64,000 bases of DNA. Source: Balanoglossus misakiensis. Its lineage: Eukaryota > Animalia > Hemichordata. The position numbers and the translations under genes are program-made. Below the pieces are notes generated by a model. That model searched no databases. It was not told where the DNA came from and worked only from the letters and a program-made list of their open reading frames with translations. The stretch spans positions 4,471,125-4,535,124 of the forward strand of contig CM082586.2 in the NCBI GenBank assembly GCA_040954595.2, given 5' to 3'. Below are positions 50,573-64,000 of the stretch, in pieces (position 1 is the first letter of the stretch; every line of letters starts with the position of its first letter).

Positions 50573-52263
50573 GAGTGCTTAGAGGTTTCAGACCTCTTTC
50601 ACTCTGTCTGCTCACTATACACAAAATATGTGAGTATGATTATGAAAAGCGAACAGTATTCAAGACTGAAGTTATTTAGAAAAATACAGTCACGCATTTA
50701 TTTTTTCCTCTGCACATACCAATACATCTATTGTTTCTGTATTAAATATGGGCGTGCATGTGACCACGGATTTCTTATTAGTTTTTTGTTGTAAAATGGA
50801 CAGGAAGCGTTTTTAAATGCCAGAACTCTTGGTATACACCTCATTCATTCAACAATGCTTCTTATAACCAGTGGACCTTATACAATTGTCATGCTGATTT
50901 TTAATCCCGCATACAATGGCCAATCTCAATACCCTGGGTCAATGTGCTTCCTTTATATAGTGTCTGTAGACTTTCCTTTGGCAATCACTGCTGTATCTTA
51001 TTTCAGTGTTGTACACGTGTACAGACTTTTTAACCTGTGCGGTATGGAGTACTTAACCAATATTCCCTGGCAAATTTTTTCTAAGGATTTTTTTAAAACT
51101 TTGTACAAGTTAGGTCAAGGAGGGGGTAACTTCTGCACAAATTTATCCGCAGATAACCAGGCAAAAGTTGCATGATTTTTTTGAACTTTTATTATTACGT
51201 GGACCAAGATTTGTTAATTTCTTCATCTTTGCAGATAGACTGTGCAGCAAGATCGCACACGCATATTGTATGCATAACAAATCTTTATTTGCCCCCTCAC
51301 CTAATGATTATCAGACATGAGTCTGGCTGGTATCAAACACTGGAATAGTGCTTTAGTCTTGATTACATAATGTGTATACTGACGTGTCATGTTTTCTGTC
51401 TTCTGGTATGGGGGGGGGGGGGGAGCGCGCTTCACCTATGAATGAACTTACGCGTTAGAGCGCGCACGCCGCGCGCAAGCGTCGCAACATCAAGAATCGC
51501 GTTATTAAAACTGTCAAAACAACAAATTGATGATTTGTTGTATGTGGTGAAGAGTGCGCTTTTTGTTCAGGTGCTCGAGCAGCAGTACGAGGGTAAACAT
51601 GGGGTGATTAGCTGGCCATAGAGTCTGAAGTGTGGGCCTCTCTGATTTGCATTATAACTAGCTAGGATACCTCAAATGATCTCTGGAAGTTGTATTAACT
51701 TGTAATTTTAGGGAAGCTACTAAACTTGATATTGATGCTGAACTGAAGCAGAATTTGTCTGATAAAAACACATCGCGTACAACTTCGGTTTATCCCGCCG
51801 AAATTTGACACCTGTAGTGTACTTAGAGACGTGGCCGGAACGGGGGAATGCAATACCACGCCAATCACCCGGCAAAATCCCGGGTATCGATCACGAGCGT
51901 AGGGTCACAGTTTCCACGTACCCCCAACTATAGTAAGAGCTTTCGAGATAAACTTCCAGGTATAACATGGTTGATCAAACAGCCGCGAGTAAGCTGAGAA
52001 AACCACGTTTGCGGTGCCCTGAGAATCTACAGCTGTGAAAGGGTCACCATTATATTGCTTGTATATTCCAGAATGCGGAAGTCGGGAAGTGTGTGGCTAC
52101 TGAAACGACATCGGATACACGTTGATCGCAGACATCATCGCAGACGACGCGATCGAAAGGCAACCACTTCGATTCGACTTGCCGCAAAATGAAATCGCCC
52201 CTTACCTCTCTTGCCGCTGCTGCCATTTTTGGCTTTAACGCTCCTCTTCCTCGTATTATCCAT
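40060..52263 (-). CDS. ASPH: Aspartyl/asparaginyl beta-hydroxylase with greatly expanded luminal repeat, 11 exons, ~1233 aa
   Basis: Exons 52263-52206, 48893-48744, 48543-46265, 43635-43398, 42825-42689, 42412-42221, 41996-41859, 41372-41237, 41102-41011, 40840-40710, 40210-40060 (3702 nt, in frame). N-terminus MDNTRKRSVK.., type II TM ending YYFDVIDFKELMG, TPR region, WQRSLYNVDGL..PWW, catalytic VKFSIMHPGTHVWPHCGPTNCRLRMHLGL and DDSFEHEVWQ..RLVIIVDMWHP. Confidence 0.95.
40948..40990. repeat. (CA)n microsatellite
   Basis: Direct reading; ASPH intron 9. Confidence 0.9.
42087..42180 (+). mobile_element. Degenerate family-A MITE in ASPH intron 6
   Basis: ATGGTTTGGTCCAAAT..TGTTTTCTATG..TTGGACCTCTACACAGG..GGGGTGATAGGG. 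Confidence 0.6.
42860..43275. repeat. Compound microsatellite (AG)n/(AGAT)n/(AGGT/AGGC)n in ASPH intron 4
   Basis: Direct reading; source of the spurious LPTY-repeat ORFs. Confidence 0.95.
46420..48298 (-). repeat. Coding minisatellite in ASPH exon 3: ~30 units of 60 bp (six extended to 81 bp) with a 441-bp higher-order duplication
   Basis: Unit KKEVPPPPKKEEAAPAKEEV/A; variant with an extra AAPAKEE. The diagnostic variant CCCTTTTCGCC recurs at 46900 and 47341 (441 = 6x60+81). Confidence 0.97.
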
Positions 52264-53014
52264 ACTCGATCAAGGATCGACGGCTTATATGTTGCCTACG
52301 TGTACACCAGGCGATCGAAGCAAGAAAAGGTACCCGGCTGGAACTTCACCCGGCTATTTCAGCGCCTGCAAATGATCGCGAAAGCGACCTCAAGTTTGAA
52401 ATGGACAAATTGAAATGGACAAGCCCCAGCGTCTGACCTGGAAGAAAGAAAAAAAATTGTGGCCTGAAGAGGGCGCACTAAAACCCACTTAAAGTTCAGT
52501 CCCAGTACTTGTTTAGTTAATCGCGGCACTAAAACACGTATTCTGGTAAATATTTTGCAGAAGACCAAAGTTTTCTGTTACATTTGCGTGTTTACCCCGA
52601 CATATTTGGAAACCTGAGTGTTATACATTGTAAATTCCATCCAGCAACCAATTACCAGATCCATATTTGGAAAAGGATTCCCCAAGACTGTATTAATGCG
52701 CATGTATTAAGACTCACGAAACTGAAAATGTTGCAAACTTTTCACACGAGTGTTGCTTTTAAGTCAGTACTAATCTTAAAATCTATGAATATTTAGTCAA
52801 AAATGATGAACCTGGGGCTTTAATATTACCATCATTAAAAATTTCTGGAACTACATTTTAGAGTGCGTAGGCAAATCAATTAAGGGGCCGTTCACAACCT
52901 CTAAGCTAAACATTGTTATTGTCACTGTATGGGGAGAAACTACCACCGAGCTGGAAACCCAACGGCAGTTTTACTGGAAGTTTTGGATAAATTTGCCCCA
53001 CAGTGCCGATCACT
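52264..53014. promoter_or_regulatory. Putative bidirectional promoter ASPH/NKAIN (CpG island extends to ~51420)
   Basis: Divergent ATGs at 52263 (-) and 53015 (+) are separated by 751 bp. CpG-rich 51420-52540, with tandem ETS-like GGAAGT sites at ~52077-52090 and GCGCGCA NRF1-like elements at ~51460. Confidence 0.6.
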
Positions 53015-61260
<8,246 letters not shown>

Positions 61261-64000
61261 CCTACTCTCTTTCTTCCTCTCTGTAGCCATCACGGAATGT
61301 CCTAGAAGTGGCCGGAATGAGCAGACTTCCATGCAGTTGTGATCTGTTCATCCGGAAATAATCCAAGGGACATCTGCTGGGAAGTGAATAAAAACATGTG
61401 TCAGTGTTGTGGACGTTTATGTTCCTTCAGGAGTTTCGACTTCTTGAAGATAGAAAATACAAGACTGGCGCCTTGAGGAATATGCGTACAAGACTCGGAA
61501 AAAAGTACACATACCTGACTACAATATACACAGTCTATATTTTTTTCTCTGACAAACTTATATTTACGATACAACTTTCATGTACAGAAGGCAAGTTACT
61601 GGCAGTCATTACTGATGTGTTCATCCCTGTCTTCCCGAACTAAATGGTACAGTCCAGTGCATTTTCTATTGTGAGCAGGGTCTCACTCACTGGATGGGAG
61701 GTATGGATGTTATACAGAGGAGGGGATATGTCTTGTGATTGTTATTAAAACTAGTTAATATTCTTTATTTGCACACAAAAAATATTTGCATTGAATCTTG
61801 TAAATTTGTGACTGTGACAACTATCACACACATGAAACCAGGTTGTGAGCTGCTGTATAACAGACCCAGGCAATTGGCAAGCCAGCACTCGCTGTTTGGT
61901 ATAATAGTTCTGCCATGTACTGTAGCTCTGGATAGTTAATTACTCATACATAGTTTCACTTTTACTACCAGGCTATGCGTTGGTAGGAATCTGCCTTAAA
62001 TTTATGTGTTATTCACTTTCTGTAGAGTACATAGCAATGTAAAACCCATCAGAGAGACTTTTCTACCCTGTTGGCAGTCTCGAGGTCCTGCTTTGAAAAA
62101 TTAAACTGCTATTTCGTGATATTTATGTTCCTTGCTTGCATGTTTGATCATCCAAAGTAATGTGAATGTTAAAAATTCTCTTCCTTATTTCACTGCCAAA
62201 ATTCTATTCACTGATTATTGCTGCATTGTTGATCTCGATATTAAACTAATTTCATTGACAATTTCAAAAAAAAAACACCCCTGCCTTTATATTCTGGCTT
62301 GAGATGAACCCAGACTGTCAACAGAGGAAAGAAAAGACTCATGATGGCCTTCTCTGTCAGGGTCAAGTCTATTATACTATAGTCACTATCTCTGAGATGT
62401 TTTCATTGAATTCTGTAAATTATTTGTACATATATTTTTTGGGAAGATTTTGTATACTTTTGTCAGTGGAACTAATCCTGTTACAACTCCTGTATAAAAA
62501 AATAGTAAGTTCAAATTCAATGTTGAGATTAATATTTTGTATATTCTGAATGATTTGTACCATATATCAAAGTATGACAGTTTTAATATACAGGATTGTG
62601 GTGGATGAAATTAATAACTGCCAGTTTGTATTTCGTGTTTGTAGAATCTGTGCAATTCTCTGCTAAAGCTCCAGTAACTGCAAATTTGGGTTATTTTCTC
62701 AGTATTTTTGTTTTGGATATCGACTGTGGTTTCTTGTTCTATGAGAGCTAAAGACTAAACATTTCATAAAGCTATCCAGAAATGAACAAGAACCTGGAGT
62801 TGATACGTGGGAGAAAATTACTGAAGTTAGAGTTACTGGGGCTTTAAACTCAACGCTACATGATAACGCTAACAGAAGTAAGGTAGAGTTTGTAGTGTTT
62901 ATCGTTTCTGCCATTCATCTTTTAAAATGGACAATTAATGTCTGTGAGTTTTGTTTTTACAATTTGTGATTTGTGGTAACAGCTATAGTCTCTGTAGCTA
63001 ATATAGTGAAGATTTCCCCACCATAATGAACCCAACCCAAATTATTATAATTTGTAAGAAACCTCATTGAATTTTGTATTTTTCAAATTTATTCTTTGCA
63101 TAATGTGTGTAAGAAACTAAATTGCCCTTGAGAATGCTCTTCACAATGGAGAAAAGGGGACTGTATAGTCATTTTCAATCATATATGATAATCATACTCA
63201 TTTTTTTTACATAGCAAAACTTTATTTAGCACCTGAAAGATGTGATACACATCTCTTCTGCTCATTCCAAAATACTGCCTTGCTTTCGAAATTTATTCCG
63301 GTTTTATAACTGCAGCATTGTCTTTGTCATTCATCTTTGTACAGGGCTGAGTTTCTTTAGTTTAATGTCATGTTTTACGTTGATAGAATTTACAATAATA
63401 GATTTTTTATGTGCACACTGAAAATCTTTCAGCATGTACGCACTCCAAGATGTGTATATATTTGGTACTAAATGTATACAGCCCACACTCATTTATGAAT
63501 CCTAGCACTGTCAGATTTTTGATAGGAATTTCACATTCCTTCATTTTAAAACTCATTTTGAATTACTCTAAGTTTTATATTCAAGTGGAGAAATCAATTT
63601 TTTAACTACTGTATTCCACTGTAATACTTTCCTTGTTGGCGGGGGTAATAGCGCCCACTAGTGTTAGATTACAAATATTCTTATTTCATTTCAAGTGCTT
63701 CTCACAAATTCAGCATTACATATAATTCCTGGTTTTAAAAGATGTACATAATATCACCAATGTGCATTCTCCATTGCATATTGGAAATTTGTGGACATAA
63801 AAAGAGATTTTGTTATAAATGTAACGTCTCTTCTGTTGGTGTAAAGTTCCCTGAATTATGTCTACTCCATTTTACATACATATATGTCTCTTCATGGATT
63901 CGATACACTTTCGAAATTCTTCCAATCTACTAATGGGCTACACTTGGGTTTCATACAAACATTTTTTCAATGAAAGACTACTCAATCAGGAACAGCAATC

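Noticed and set aside
52206-52226. ATG at 52226 (MAAAARE) as the ASPH start
   Set aside because: It gives phase 0, out of frame with exon 2; the ATG at 52263 gives the required phase 1 and an ASPH-like N-terminus.

Overview
Intron-rich animal genomic DNA, probably an invertebrate deuterostome (inferred from gene set, intron phases and repeat types; not provable here). I spliced six complete genes by hand with GT-AG introns and consistent phases: an SLC18B1-like MFS transporter (-), an NRF-6/acyltransferase-3 gene (+), a BTB-BACK-Kelch gene (+), RNF217 (-), ASPH (-) and NKAIN (+). A class A GPCR fragment is cut by a DNA-transposon end at the window start, and many small palindromic MITEs are present. 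Highlights: (1) RNF217 has two tandemly duplicated alternative last exons encoding different membrane anchors, with a 19-bp long-range complementary pair between them that could act as an RNA-structure switch. (2) ASPH has a 2.28-kb exon encoding a ~30-unit charge-balanced K/E/P/A/V luminal repeat (triadin/junctin- or PEVK-like), followed by a read-through stop that would give a non-catalytic isoform. (3) The RNF217-ASPH-NKAIN block looks like the single-copy ancestor of the vertebrate ASPH-NKAIN3 and TRDN-NKAIN2-RNF217 regions. Exon coordinates were counted manually and may be off by a base or two.
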